A stretch of 64,000 nt of DNA, taken from NCBI RefSeq assembly GCF_009914755.1, contig NC_060925.1. The stretch is one strand, 5' to 3'. Every line of letters starts with the position of its first letter. Within the stretch, counting starts at the first letter, position 1. Under the pieces are notes generated by a model that was not told the DNA's origin, made no database searches, and was given only the letters and a program-made list of their open reading frames with translations. A program made the translations under genes and the position numbers. Shown here piece by piece: positions 1-16,760 of this stretch. This stretch comes from the human T2T-CHM13v2.0 reference genome, Homo sapiens.

Positions 1-110
1 GTGCAGGCATAAGAAGGGGTAGCAAATAAACACATGAAAAGATACTCAACATCAGTAGTCTTGAGGGAAATAAAAATTAAAACCATAACCAGGTATTATT
101 TTGTGTTCGT

Positions 111-400
111 TTGAGACAGGCTCTCCTGCTGTCAGCCAAGCTGGAGTGCAGTAAAATGATCATTGCTTACTGTAGCCTGGACTTCCCAAGCTTGAGCAAT
201 CCTCCCACCTCAGCCTCCTGAATATATGGGACCACAGGCACATGCCAGCATGCCTGGCTAATGAAATTTTTTTTTTTTTTTGTAGAGACAAGGTCTTGCC
301 ATGTTGCCAGGGTTGGTCTTGAACTCCTGGGCTCAAGCCGTTCTCCTGTCTTGGTTTCCCAAAGTGCTGGGATTACAGGAGTGAACCACTGCACCTGGCC
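111..400 (-). mobile_element. Alu (AluJ-like)
   Basis: ttgagacagg...ccaaagtgctgggattacagg...cctggcc, two arms with central T linker. Confidence 0.92.
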
Positions 401-726
401 TCACAATGATGTATTATTATACACCTATTAGTATGTCTAAAATTAAAAAGACTGACCATACAAAGTGTTGACTAGGATGCGGAGGAACTGGAACTCTTAC
501 ACACTGTTGGTGTCAAATGTAAAATGGCACAACCACTTTGGAAAAGAGTTTTGCACTTTCTCAAAAAGTTACACATGTACCATATGACCCAGCCAATCCA
601 CTCCAAGGTACAGTATTTACCCAAGAGAAATGGATGCATTTGTCCTCACAACAACTTGAATACAAATAGCCAGAAACTGGAAACAACACAAATGATCATC
701 AACAAGCGAATGGACAAACATATTGT

Positions 727-853
727 GGAACATTCATGCAATGGAATACAACTTAGCAATAAAAAGGAATTATGTGCTCAATGGCTGGGGGAACATTCAT
801 ACAATGGAATACAACTTAGCAATAAAAAGGAATTATGTGCTCAGTGGCTGGGG
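727..853 (+). repeat. 63-bp tandem duplication within L1
   Basis: ggaacattcat..caatggaatacaacttagcaataaaaaggaattatgtgctca.tggctgggg occurs twice with 2 mismatches. Confidence 0.95.
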
Positions 854-921
854 TGAATCTCAAAATAATGATGCAGCGTGAAAGAAGCCAGAAAAAAAAG
901 AGTATATATAGTATGATTCTG

Positions 922-1283
922 CAGATGGTCTCCAACTTACAGGGTTCAGCTTAACAAATTGTTGACTTTATGATGGTGTGAAAGCAATATGCATTCGGTA
1001 GAAACTATAATTTAAATTTTTATCTTTTCTGGTCTAGTGATATGTGGTAGGATACTTGGCAGTCAGTCAACCATGAGATCATGAGGTAAACACTGATATT
1101 CTTCAGCATACTGTGTTACTAGATGATTTTGCCCAATTGTGCACTAATGAAAGTGTTCTGAGCGCATTTATAGTAGGCTAGGCTTGGTAGGTTCAGCATA
1201 TTAAACGCACTTTTGACTTAAAATATTTTCAACTTATGATGGATTTATTAGGACATAACTTCATTGTAAGTCAGGGGCATCTG
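922..1283 (-). mobile_element. Tc1/mariner-Tigger DNA transposon MITE (MER47A-like)
   Basis: Terminal inverted repeats cagatggtctccaacttac / gtaagtcaggggcatctg, right flank TA, ~360 bp, inserted into the L1 3' UTR. Confidence 0.8.
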
Positions 1284-1604
1284 TATTTATATAAAAATAT
1301 AGAAAATGCAAATTAACCTATAGTGACACAAAGCCCATTAGTGGTTTTTGGTGGAGGATGGGAAATGGTTCTGTGAGGAAGAAGGAATTACCAAGGAGCA
1401 TGATTAAACTTTTTGGGGTGATGAAAATGTTCTTTAACTTGGTTATAATGATGGTTTCTCAGGGGTACACACGTGTGTACTTACAAATTGTTCACTTTAA
1501 ATATGTGTACTTTATTGTATATCAATTATACCACAATAAAGCTATGAAAATATGTGTCCATATGCCATATCGCTCTAATTTTGTGGCTTAATCATATGCA
1601 AAAA

Positions 1605-1656
1605 CTCCTCATCTTCCTCTTCCTCCTCCTCCTCCTTCTCCTCCTCTTCCTCCTCC
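1605..1656 (+). repeat. (CCT)n simple repeat
   Basis: ctcctcatcttcctcttcctcctcctcctccttctcctcc. Confidence 0.9.
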
Positions 1657-2410
1657 ATTTTTTGGATGGGGAAAGGAGGGTGTGCTGTGTCGTCTGGTCA
1701 TGCTTTGATTTCTGTTCTCTGGGTTTCCCAAACACATTAGGTAATAAAGACAACATGACTAATTACATACATTTTTTTAAAGGCTAAATTCTCTTTAAGA
1801 TATTGTAAACTCTATTTGCCTCATATTTGTTCAGTACTTACTTCAAATAATAAAACCTGGTGGTTGCTTTATCAGTTCTAATGATCCTGGTGACTGACAT
1901 TCCCTCCTGTTCTTTTACCTAAGACATGATGATTACTTTGATAAAACACACACTTTGATCTCAAGGTAGGGAAGATGCAAATCTCATATTCTGAACTCTC
2001 CAAATAAATGTAAGACTTGGTGCCTACTTGGTTATCAAGTGACAAAATTATTGAAATAGGAGCCAAACTTTGAAATATTTTACATGCGGTGTTTTGCATT
2101 ATGAAAGTTTCGTTTGTCATCTACTTGATTTTCTCTTCTTTAACTGTGCTTATGTTTGGCAAAACCATTCTCATTCTCTAAAGTTTAGGGGTTTATCTAA
2201 TTGTTTTCTCTAGTGGTCAATGAGCATCTTGAGAGTGAAGACCATGCCTTATTTATGTTGTATTCTAAACACCTCCTTATAGCTCCTGGGAAATTCATAG
2301 GCATTTATATAAATGCTCCTTGAATGAATGAATGTGTTCCCCCAACATCCTTACTGAATACTGAATTTGGGATCTTGTGAAATCCTACTCAGTTTAAGCT
2401 TTAGTGGAGG

Positions 2411-3316
2411 TGTTGACAAAAAACTAAGCTCTGTAAAACATTTCAAAAGGTTTATTATGAGCCCATATTAATGACTATAGCGCAGGAAACAGCCTCAAGA
2501 AGTCCTGAGAAAGTGAGCTTAAGTGGTTACAGATTGGTTTTATACATTTTAGGGAGATACAAATTGTAGGTAAAATCATAAATCAATACATAGCAGGTGT
2601 ACATTGGTTCAGCCTAAAAAGGAAGAATATCTTGAAGTGAGAGTTGGGGTGTTACAGGTCATAGGTAGATTCAAAGATTTTGTGATTGGCAATCAGTTGA
2701 AAGAGTTAAGCTTTGTCTGAAGACCTCAAGTCAGTGGAAAAATATTCTTGAATTAAGATAAGGGAGGTTGTGGAGACCAAGGTTCTTGTTATGTAGATGA
2801 AGCCTCCAGGTAACAGCCTTCAGAGAGAAGAGATGGCAGATGTCTTTTTTGGGGACCTTAAAATGTCACACTTTTAGTTAATCCTTTCTTAAACCTGGGA
2901 AAAGCCTGGCTGCATTAATGGAGATTATCTGCAAATGCAAACTTCCTCCATAAAAGATGGCTTTGCAGGACCATGTCAAAATATGTCAAAGAAATATACT
3001 TGGAGATAAAACATTTTGATTTTCTTTAGGATCTGCTATCTGTCATGTGATGCTACATGAGTCAGGTTGGAATTTGGTATCTTATTGCCACAAAGAGTTT
3101 GTTTTTTCGGTCTTAATGATCTCTGTTTTAATGGTAATGCTGGTCAGTCAGTTGTGTCTAAACTCTAAGAGGGAGGGGGTGTAACAAGACATGTCCAACC
3201 TCCCTTTCCATCACGGCTGAGAATTCAAATTTTCAGGTTTCTCTGGGGTTCCCTTGGCCCAGAGGGGATCCATTTCAATCGGTTGGGGAGGCTTAGGATT
3301 TTATTTTTGATTTACA
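2411..3316 (-). mobile_element. ERV1 solo LTR, MER4 group
   Basis: TG...CA ends; reverse complement starts tgtaaatcaaaaataaaatcctaagcc like MER4; flanks gagg/gggg resemble a 4-bp TSD. Confidence 0.8.
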
Positions 3317-4058
3317 GGGGCAAATACAGTAGAAGTTTGTATTCCATGAAAATTTAATAACACAAAATTTAGTACATGGAATTTATTATAAATGGAAAGA
3401 CTAGTACATTTATTGGCTATTTTGAAGAGAGTTATTTTGCAATATGAATCAATGAATAACTTATATCATTGCTTCTTTGCTTCTATAGAAACCAAATAAC
3501 TTTCTATGACTGGGACAGGTAGTACCTCTATGTTTAAATAACTATTTTCTCTTAGAGTGTTATAATTTGTATTTCTCATCATTAATAGAACCAGTTTTAC
3601 TGCCAACATGAATAAAACACTCTCCTTTTTACATTATTTTATTCTCTCAATTCAGAGAGTTAGTTATTATGTCATGGCTTTTGGTAAGAAATGAGTGATA
3701 ATTCTAGGTATTTCCATGATAGTCCTTTGTTGGAAGGAAGGACTTCAAAACTTTAAAATAATCAAATTTCAACTAAATAAAAATTGCCATATAAGAGATG
3801 ATCTGCTAAGGTATCTAGAGGACTAACATCTATGCCCTCACACTCATATCTAGTTCTTGCAGATTTATTTCTTTCAAACATCATATGCTAGCTGAATGTG
3901 ATGCTTGCTATCGCCTACTTATCACAAACTTTGCTGCTATTTTTTTCCTTTGTAATTAAATGCCATATGCACACCTTCAATTAAGATAATTACATTTATG
4001 ATTTTAGTTTAGTCAAGTCATCTGGCACTTTTCATGATATCAGTTATCTGACCTTTAA

Positions 4059-4407
<349 letters not shown>

Positions 4408-6423
4408 CCAATTCTTTATTTTATTTACAATACATCATTTTCTGACCTCATTTAAAAAATTTTAACTGAAGGATTTCTAGTAGACAGGAAAGTTGCCAAG
4501 AAGGTTTAGCTTTAAAAGAAATGCCTTTATAATAAATGGCATAGAATTCCCATTATGCTTTTGTTTTAATTTGTTGTAGGAAAGTATGGGATGTGGGATT
4601 TAGTTTCCTCACCGTTGTGGTCATTGTCCTTTTTCATATACTCCAGTTTGTCAGTAAAGCTGTTAAAGCATGACATCCAATACTGCATGCTATCCCTGTG
4701 GGCTCAACCTAGCACATAACTCAGAGGGACTACTGCCCCTTCTGTTGTGGACATTAACCTGCAATTAACTCAGTCTTAGATCACATTAATTTTGGGGCCA
4801 GGACACTTTATTACTGGTTCATAGTGAACTTGCAGCCCATTGTAACTGCCAATTTTTTTTTCTTTTTTGCACTTTGCCTGGATCCTCTATTAGCATTGAT
4901 TTAAGAACAGTACTTTGCATGTATTATCATAGTAAATCTCTTTTGCTAAATTTGACTGATGATTCCAGCCTGGTGAGATAATTTTGGGTCCTGATTCTCT
5001 TTTCCAATTTGGTTGCAGTTTCTCCTTTGTGGTTATAATAAGCTTACTATCTAACCTCGTCCAAATTCCTGGGGGAAATAATGCTTGTTAGAAGTGGGTC
5101 AAGGAGTTTCTGGAATAGCATCTTGTTCTTCCTCACACATTCTTACCCTTCTTTAATTTCTGGATGCAAAGTATATTGTTCCTTGTTGACAAAATGGAAA
5201 ATGAAATCCTCTTAAGATAGTAAAGTGGCTGTCAACTGTAATGCTCTTAAATCACTTTGCTGCTTAGTGCTCTCACAGCTGATACGCAGTTCCCTCTGTG
5301 GGCAGCGGCGTTTTACATCAGATCACCTTCCATTTCAATTTAGCATGCCTGCTCACTCCTGCAAGGGGAGGTTTAGTCCTTGGTAACAAGTCTAGAAAAT
5401 TCTAAATTACACCAAAGGAAAACACCACCAGGAGATGGAGGATTTTTAATGAAAACATATTTTCACAGTGTGGCATTTCAAGTAGAATAACTAGAATTGT
5501 GGAAACTGGGGCAACATTGTGTTATGCAATTTTTCCTGAGAAAGCTAAAAATATGTTTTCAGCAGAGAATTAATGAATTGTAGTGATTTGATGCTAAGCA
5601 GTTCTGTTTTAATTAAAATATTTAACTTACTAATAAAATGTCAGCACAATTTGAAGGTAGAGAAGTTCTGTTGGAATTAAATTAATATTCTCCTTTTTAA
5701 ACACCTGGCTCAGCATGTTAAAATAAAATTTGAAGTACTTCTGTGGGCAGTACTGCTAAGTGATAGCAACCTTCTACCTTGTAGTTCTAGCTAGGTGGGC
5801 TCTTGGCTCTTACTCTCTTATGAGTAAGTGAGTTGCTGGATAAGTGTTATCCCTTAGCCATAGAATAGTTGCCATAAGTTTACTGCTTGCATGGCTGCAT
5901 TGGCTAAATGAACTGCTTAATGGTAGGAAAGCTATGCACCACTGTACTTTAGAAAATTTGATAAATGTGCACTTATAAAAGATAATACATTTCATCATTT
6001 CAAAGAGAATATGATTCCCTAAAATATAGTTATTTTAACTTTTATGGTTACACAAAACAATGATAAATCAACTCACTTTTTTCCAATATATTAAGTGCAC
6101 TGTGTGTTTCCAGCTGTGTGGCAGATATAAGGGCATCAGAGAGGAATATGAGATAGTTTTGGCCCATAGACCAGAAGGGGAGTCAAAGACTTAAATGGTA
6201 CAATGTGGTCAATAAAATGATAAAGCTATTATCTATATCTTTATACATATCCACACACATGACCATACATATTTCCATTCCCATAACTATAACCATGTCT
6301 ATTGTGGGAATATGGAGGAGAGATACCTGCCCTAATAGGTGAGAGGCATAGGTAGCATTAAAGGAAAATTTTCTGTTGAAGAGATGCCTAAGTTGAATCT
6401 TAATTAGTAGAAGCTAACTGGGC

Positions 6424-9023
<2,600 letters not shown>

Positions 9024-9589
9024 CAGGTTATGATGTGTGTGTATGTGTTTGTACTTGTATTTTTATGTGTATGTGTATGTATGTGGAGGCATCTGTGTGT
9101 TTGGGAGAACAAGGAAAAGGGCTGTGATGTTCCTGAAAGTGAGTTGGAACAGAAGCTTGGAAGTGAGAAACACTGTGAGGTTGCTGGAGTATATAGTGTG
9201 TCTGTGTGAGTTTAGGTTGGAGTGGGATACACAAGGAGCTCGTGGACAAAGGGAATCCATCAAAGGTGTTGGAGCAAGGGGATGGTATAGTCAGCTTTAC
9301 ATGCTGAGTGGATTGCTGTGATTACAATGGGCAGGATAGATGGAACATGGCAAGATTTGGGGTGTGACTGTGGAGTAAGCTGTCCAGATGAGAGGTGATA
9401 GAACTACCCTCACTTGGCCTTGGTGATAGTGATTTGGGGAGGGGGAGATCAATAAATTTTTAGAAAGTAATGTCAGATAGATATACCTATCTTATATATC
9501 TTTTGTTACATTCGTTTCTAAGTACCACATAGTTTCTGCTAATGTTGCAAATCATATTTCTAAAAAATTATGGTTTTGAATTAATTCTC

Positions 9590-10000
9590 ATGGTTGAATA
9601 TTATGTAGCAGTAAAACTATTGAACTGCAGCCATGTGCATCAACAGTAATAAGTCTAGGAGCATAATCTTGAGTGAATAAAGCAAGTCCCAAATGAATGA
9701 CTTCATTTGTATAAAGCTTAAAAACAAAACTGAAAAATGTGTTGGTTAGAGATGCACAGGTATGTAATAAACCAATATGGAAAAGGAGATAATAAAATAA
9801 AATTAAAAATCATGGTTAATTCTCATGGAGGAGAAGGTGAGAGAATGAATACAGAAGGGGGAAGTATATGGGTGAATGGAATGGTATTGGACAGTTTTGA
9901 TTCTTATATTAGTGGTGGGTTCATGGGTGCTGGTTTTATTATTATTTTTCATTATATATATATGTCAAATGTAGTATTTTGTATTATTTGATATATTAAA
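9590..10000 (+). mobile_element. Old L1 3' UTR fragment (L1ME-like)
   Basis: cataatcttgagtgaataaagcaagtccc and ggtgggttcatgggtg...ttattatt motifs. Confidence 0.55.
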
Positions 10001-10029
10001 AAGATAATAAGGGAAAAACAGATACATAA

Positions 10030-10620
10030 GTAGAAATAAGGGCAAGATATCCTCAGGTTTCTAGCTTGGGTTACGGGATCAGTGATGATATCAAATAAAT
10101 AGAGACAACTAGAGGTTTATTCAGGAACAATGATGAGCTAAGGTTCTTGAAGCACATCTAAACAGATGGATATGCAAGCCTGCAGCTTGTGGGGGAAAAT
10201 CTAGGCTACATATGCAGATTTGTAAGTCATAAATATACAGTTGTCTTTCAAACCAAAAAATGGATAAAATTGCCCCGGAAGAATTAAAAACAACAACAAC
10301 AAAAGTGAAAAGAAAGTAATCCTGGGAAGCACCAGCATTGAAGTGTCAGGAGACAGAGAAGTCCATAAAGAGAAGGAAGGGGTCAAAAGATAGGAGGAAA
10401 AGTGAGTGGCATCAGGGAGGAAGCCAAGGAGGTAAAGTGTTATGAAGGGAGGGGTGATTATCAGTGTTAGATACACCAGGCCATTTACTACGGTGAGGTC
10501 TGGAGTTAGGAGGTTTGTGCTGACCTTAGCGAACTCTGTTTCAGAGCTGTGGGGACAGAAGCCAACTGAAGTGGGGAGAGGGGTCTGGGGAGCCAGACAG
10601 CGGGTACTGTGGAGGGGGTA
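10030..10620 (-). mobile_element. L2 fragment
   Basis: Purine-rich degenerate L2 motifs (caggtttctagcttggg, gcagatttgtaagtcat, tgaccttagc...gtttcag). Confidence 0.55.
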
Positions 10621-10644
10621 GAGGAATCTTTGTAGAAATATGAG

Positions 10645-11084
10645 TGTTCTGGGGTGAATAGTGCCCTCCCAAAATTCAAGTTCTTTCTCCTGGAACCTCA
10701 GTATAGGACTCTATTCAAAAATAGGATCTTTGCAAATGTAATTGGGTTAAAATCAGGAATGAAGACTGGATTAGGATGGGTTCAAATCCAATGACTGCTG
10801 AACTTATAAAATGAGAAAAATTTGGACACAGACACACTGAGAGAACACAATGTGATAAGAGGCAGAGACTGGAGTAGTGCATCCATAAGCCAAGCCATTG
10901 CTGACAACCACCTGAGGCTAGAAGAATGACATGGAACAGATGCTTCCCTAGAGCCTTTAGATGGCCCTGCCAACACTTCAACTTAGGCTTCTAGGCTATA
11001 GGACTGTGAAATAATAAAATTTATGTTGTTTAAAGTTACCCCATTTGGCATACTTTGTTATAGCAGCCCCAGGAAACAAATATA
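10645..11084 (+). mobile_element. MLT1 (MaLR) solo LTR
   Basis: tgttctggggtgaatagtgccctcccaaaattca...tttgttatagcagccccaggaaacaaatata; 5-bp TSD atgag/atgaa. Confidence 0.85.
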
Positions 11085-12544
11085 ATGAATGATAACTAGT
11101 GTGTGATTAGGTAAAGAGAGGGCTCCACTTTTTATAGGATGGATGAGACTTAGTACATTTGCAGAACAAGAGAAAGTGGCAGTGTTGAAAGGTGCGGACT
11201 TTAAGAGGTGATTGGATCTTGAAGGCTCTGCCATCATGAATGGATTAATACCTTCGTGGGTTAGTGGATTAATGGGTTAATTAATGGGTTATTATGAGGG
11301 TGGAACTGATGATTTCATAAGAAGAGGAAGAGAAACCTGAGCAGATACATTAGGAGAGCAGTAAAGGATAAAGATAAGGGAGAAATAGGGAATGCTTGGT
11401 GGAGCACAATCCTGGCAGTCCCAAGAGCCATGAGCTCAGGGGCCCAGGCAGAGTTCATCGGTTTTAAAATGAAAACAGTGTACTCTGTGACTGGAAGAAA
11501 AAAAGCAGGATGGGGTGAGGTGGTAGTTAGATTGTAGGTAAGAGAGCAGGAAGTAAGGAAGTGCATCCTTGATGACTTCATTTTTCTTAGAGATAAGTTC
11601 TTCTGCTGAGGATGAGGGTAAGGGAGGCAGTTGAGTTGGAAGTAGTAGTGGAAGTTTGGAATAGTTGTTCAAGACCAGAAGGCTGACCAGAGACTACCTA
11701 TAATTGACAGTTGGCATCCAGGTCTCAGCTGAGTTTGGAAACCATTGATTTGTATTAAAGATGCACTACACTGTTCTGAGATGTTTCCAGACAGCGCTCA
11801 GATTCCTGAGGTTTACAGCAGGAAAAGTGGCTCCTAGAGTTGGGATTTTATAAGATGGATGCGATGGAGGGATGTTGGTACAAGGAAGAAGAGAAGAGGA
11901 TGTTGGTGAGACAATGAGCTCATGACCAGCAGTGCACTCCAGCCTGGGTAGAAAGGAAGAGGTAGAGGGCGGAAGGACATGAAAGACTTTATGGTGACAG
12001 TGACAAGAGCAGCCATGAGGTCAGCTAGAAACATACTTTTAATCCATGTGTTTTTGACAAGGTATGGCCATTGTCATCTGTGAACATTTAATATCCCATA
12101 CTGTACTCAGAACTAAAGTACAATAGAAAATAATAAGTGCTGATGAGGATGTGGAGAAATTGGAACTCTTATGCATTATTGGTAGGAATGGAAATTGGTA
12201 CAGCCATTGCATGAAACAGTTTGGTGGTATCTCAAAAAGTTAAACATACAATTAACTATAATATAATACAGCAATTCTACTTCTGTGTATATACTCAAAA
12301 GATTGGAAAGCGGGGGCCCAAACAGATATGTGCCCACCAATGTTCACAGCAGCATTTTTTACAATAGCTAAACAATTGAAACAAACTGTGTCCATCCACA
12401 GATGAATGGATAAACAAGGTATGATACATACATACAATGGAATATTACTCAGCCATAAAAAGGAATGGAATTCTGACATTTGCTGCAACAGGATGAACTT
12501 GAAAACATTATGCTAAGTAAAATAAGCCAGCCACAAAAGGACAG

Positions 12545-12978
12545 TACCTTGGTTCATTATCTGCTGCCTATAATAGAATACCCAAAAATGGATAATTTAT
12601 AAAGAAAAGGAATTTATTTTTCACAGTTATGGAGGCTGAGAAGTGTAAGATCAAGGGATTGCATCTGGTGAGGACCTTCTTACTGGTGGGGGCTCTCTGC
12701 AGAGTCCTGAGGTGGCAGAGGGTATCACATGGTTAGGGGGAAGAGTTTGCTAATGTATTTGCTCAGGTTTCACTTTCTCTTCTTATGAAACCATTAGTTT
12801 CATCCTCATGGTAACCCATTAGTTAACCCATGAATCCATTAATCCACGAATGTAATCATCAATTTATGAAGACAGAGCTTTCAAGATCCAATCAACTCTT
12901 AGAGGCTCCTTTCACTGCTACCGCAGTAGGGATTAAGTGTCTAACACATTCAGTTTATAGACACATTCAAACCATATA
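12545..12978 (-). mobile_element. MST-type MaLR solo LTR
   Basis: ggaggctgagaagt...gcatctggtgagg...cattcaaaccata; perfect 5-bp TSD GACAG. Confidence 0.85.
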
Positions 12979-13140
12979 GACAGATACTATATGATTCCAC
13001 CTATATGAAATACTGAGAATAGGTAGGTAAATTCCTAGAGACAGAAAATAGAATAGAGGTTACCAGGGGTTGGAGGAAAGGCAGAAGAGAGAATTATTGT
13101 TTAGGAGAACAGAGTTTCTGTAAGCAGTGGTAATGGTCAC

Positions 13141-13492
13141 TATCTTAGTCAATTTGGGCTGCTATAACAAAATATCACAGACTGGGTAGCTTAAACAACA
13201 GGCATTTATTTCTCACGGTTCTGGAGATTAAGATGCTAGCTGATTCGGTTCCTGGTGAGGCCCCTCTTTCTGGCATACAGATAGCCATCTTCATTCCATG
13301 ACCTCATGTGGTAGAGAGAAAGCAAGAGCTATAAGAAGAGACCACTATAAGAAGATTCATGAGTACTCCCCTCTCCTGATTTCTTCTAAACCTAATTACC
13401 TCCCCAAGTCCCCTCCTCCCAATATGATTACATTAAAGGTTAGGGCTTCAACACATGAATTTTGGGGAGACACAAACATTCAGTCTACAACA
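13141..13492 (-). mobile_element. MLT1A-type MaLR solo LTR
   Basis: tcttagtcaatttgggctgctataacaaaata...gacacaaacattcagtctacaaca; TSD gtcac/gttac. Confidence 0.85.
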
Positions 13493-13554
13493 GTTACATA
13501 AAACTGTGAATGTACTTAATGTCACTGATTGAACACCTATCAGAATGGTGAAAA

Positions 13555-14390
13555 CCTAAAAACTAACAGTACTAAATGCTAGCAAGGATGTGGAGCAGCA
13601 GGAATTCTCATTTGTTGCTGGTGGGAATGCAAAAACAGTACAGCCACTTTGGAAGACAGTTCAGCGGTTTCTTAGGAAACTAAACATATCCTTAACATAT
13701 TATCCAGCATCCTTACCTTGCCATTTACTCAAGTGCGATGAAAATTTGTGTCCCTACAGAAACTGGCACATAAAGGTTTATCACAGCTGTATTCATAATT
13801 GCCCAAACTTGGAAGCAACCAAGATGTCCTTCAGTATTTACTTTATAGTAAATAAACTATGGTATACCCGGACAATGGAATATTGTTGAGTGCTAAAAAG
13901 AAATGAGCCTTGAAGAGACATGGAGAAAACTTAATGCATATTACTAGTGAAAGGTATCAATCTGAAAAAGCTACATATTGTATGATTCCAACTATGTGAC
14001 ATTCCTGAAAAGACAAAACTGGAGAAAGTAAAAAGATCAGTGGTTGCCTGGGGTTAGGGGAGAGGGAGAGATGAATAGGTGGATCTCAGAGGATTTTTAG
14101 GGCAATGAAAATACTCTGTATGATACTATATGGTGGATACAACATTTGTCAAAACCCATAGAATATACAACACCAAGAGGGACCCCTACTGTAAACTATG
14201 GACTTTGGGTGATAATGATGTATCAATATAAGTTCATCTATTGTAACAAATGTCCCACTCTGGTGATGCATGTTGATATTGGGTTAATGCATATGCAGGG
14301 GCAGGAGGTGGGATATATGGGAACTCTGTACTTTCTGGTCAATTTCTCTGTGAACCTAAAGCTGCTCTAAAAATGGTCTTTTTTTAAAAA
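13555..14390 (+). mobile_element. Second L1 (L1MC-like) 3' end nested in the first L1
   Basis: ggatgtggagcagcaggaattctc...tgtaaactatggactttgggtgataatg...aacctaaagctgctctaaaa; flanking duplication a(a/g)tggtgaaaa. Confidence 0.8.
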
Positions 14391-14521
14391 AGTGGTGAAA
14401 ATAATTATATTATCTCTATATAGATATTATATATATTATCTCTATATAGATAACGTATATATATATATAAAATCACAGCCAAAAAAAAATCCTAAGAGAT
14501 TGTTTTCAAAGCTGTTTACCA

Positions 14522-15362
14522 TGTAAACCAAAAATAAAATTCCAAGCCCCCCATCCACCTGAATGGATGACTCTCTTGTCAAAGGCATTCAAAAAACCTG
14601 AAATACTAGTTCAGGCCATGATAGGAATGGGTGGTCAGAGGTGTCTCATTATATATTCCTCCCCTTGAAACTCAGGCACAGCTGACCAGCATTAACATTA
14701 GAACAGAACCCTTAGGCTGACAAAACAGACCATTTTTGCAATAAGATACCAACATGACAGTTAGCAGGCCCTAAAATAAATCAAAGTATTTTACCCCAAA
14801 ATATATTTCTTTGACATATTTTGAAATGGCCCTGCAAAGCTGTCTCCTGTGGGGAAAATCTACATTCTGTAAAGAATGCTGTTCCCTTTCCAGGTCTTTT
14901 TCCTGATCCAGGAGAGAATTAAGAGTCTGGCACCTTTTTAAGTCTGATAAGAAACATTTACAGTCTATTCTCTCTGAAGCCTGCTACTGGAGGCTTCACC
15001 TACATAATAAGAACCTCGGCCTCTACAACCTCTTATCATAACCCAGAAACTCCCTTCTGTTGATTCCTGTGTTTAGATAAACTTTCAACCAATTGCCAGT
15101 CAGGAAATCTTTGAATCCACCATATGAGCTGGAAGCCACCCCCTCCACCCCTGCCTTTCCAGACCAAACCAATGTACATCTTACATGTACCGATGGATGT
15201 CTTATGACTCCCTAAAATGCATAAAACCAAGCTGCAGCCCAACCACCTTGGGCACATGTTCTCAGGATCTCCTGGGGCTGTGTCATGGGCAATGGTCACC
15301 CATATTTGGCTCAGAATAAATCTCTTAAAATATTTTACAGAGTTTGACTCTTTTCACTGGCA
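14522..15362 (+). mobile_element. ERV1 solo LTR, MER4 group
   Basis: Starts tgtaaaccaaaaataaaattccaagcccc; ends ggctcagaataaatctctt...tttgactctttt. Confidence 0.88.
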
Positions 15363-15574
15363 ACTTTAGTGAGAATACCTTGATTCATGGTATTCTACCA
15401 AATAATTAAAAACTATACTTTGTATTTTTGATAGTATTTTAGTTTAAGTATAACCAGAAAGTCGAATAAACAGGACACAAGAGGGGCGAAAAGGCTTTGT
15501 CTAGCTTGGTCCCCTCAGTGATTTCTCTTCCCTGGGAACCTCCGTTGTGGCACCTTTTTTTTTTTCTCCCAACT

Positions 15575-16760
15575 GATGGAAAACTGTGTCTCTGCTTATG
15601 ACACTTCTAACACTGAATGTGTGGATTTTCTAACCAAGCAGTTTTCTCAATTCTCTGTGGACACCAGCTGGGTGTCCTACAATTTAATTCAATTCTGACA
15701 CTAACTATTCAGTTAACACAGACTCCACAGGTTGATGTCTCAGTCCCACAAGACTGTCCCGAGTTCAAATGCCAATCTCAAGTAGTGAGTCCCCAGGTAA
15801 TCCACACTTCTGTGCAATTTGACTAGGGGTTCACATGCAAATTAAGGGTTCACATGACCCCTTCCTCAGATTCAATAATTTGCTATAACAGCTCATGTAT
15901 TTCAGGGAAACACTTTTGTTTACTGGTTTATTAAAAAGGATATTGTAGGCTGGGCATGGTAGCTCATGTCTGTAATTCCAGCACTTTGGGAGTCTGAGGT
16001 GGGTGGATTGCTTGAGGCCAAGAGTTTGAGACCAGCCCATGCAACATGGCAAGACCCTGTGTCTACAAAAAAAAAAAAAATACACAAAAATTAGCTGGGC
16101 ATGGTGACATGTGTCTGTAGTCCCAGCTACTTGAAAGGCTGAGGTAGGAGGATTACCTGAGCCTGAAGAGGTTGAGGCTATAGTGAGCCATGATTGTTCC
16201 ACTGTAAAGCCTGGACAACAGAGCTAGACCCTGTCTCAAAAAAAAAAAAAAGGGTTGTTGCGGGGGATGGATATTATAAAGGATACAGATGAATAGCCAG
16301 AAGAAGTACATGGGGCGAGGTCCAGAAGGGTCTGAAGCATGAGCGCTTCTGTCCCCATGTAGTTGAGGCGTGTCCCCCTCCCAGCAAGTGGATGCATTTA
16401 ACAATCTTGAAGCTGTCTGAACCCCTTCAGTGAGAGTTTTTATGGAGGTTCATTATATAGATGTGATTGATTAAATCATTGGCCATTGGTGATCTATATT
16501 CAGCTCCTCTCCCCTCCCTGGAGATTAGGGGGTAGGAGTGAGAATTCCAACTTTCTAGTCATGTAGTTGGATTCTCTGGCAACAGGGGTCAATGAAGAAT
16601 CCCCCCATTAGCGTAAACTTAGGTATGGTTGAAAGGGATTTGTTATGAATAACAAACGATACTTCTGTCATCCCCATGACTCAGGAAATTCCAAGAGCTT
16701 TAGAAGCTCTGTGTCAGGAACCATGGGCAGATACCAAATATATATTTCTTCTTATGTTGC
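15575..16760. mobile_element. MER21-like LTR interrupted by an Alu
   Basis: ccagctgggtgtcctacaatttaattcaattctgacact, aaggatacagatgaa and tgattaaatcattggccattggtgat; related to 41822-42610. Confidence 0.75.
15948..16251 (+). mobile_element. Alu (AluJ)
   Basis: ggctgggcatggtagctc...gcttgaggccaagagtttgag...ccctgtctc followed by poly-A. Confidence 0.92.

Larger units (their letters stand above)
20..1550 (+). mobile_element. Old L1 (L1M-type) ORF2 end and 3' UTR, interrupted by an Alu and a MER47-like element
   Basis: L1 motifs aaacacatgaaaagatactcaacatc, ggaactggaactct, accactttggaaaa, gtatgattc...tttatata and tcaattataccacaataaagct. Confidence 0.8.
12125..13554 (+). mobile_element. L1M 3' fragment split by two MaLR LTRs
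   Basis: gaggatgtggagaaattggaac, gaatggataaacaa, tatgattccacctatatga and tgtgaatgtacttaatgtcactga. Confidence 0.8.
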
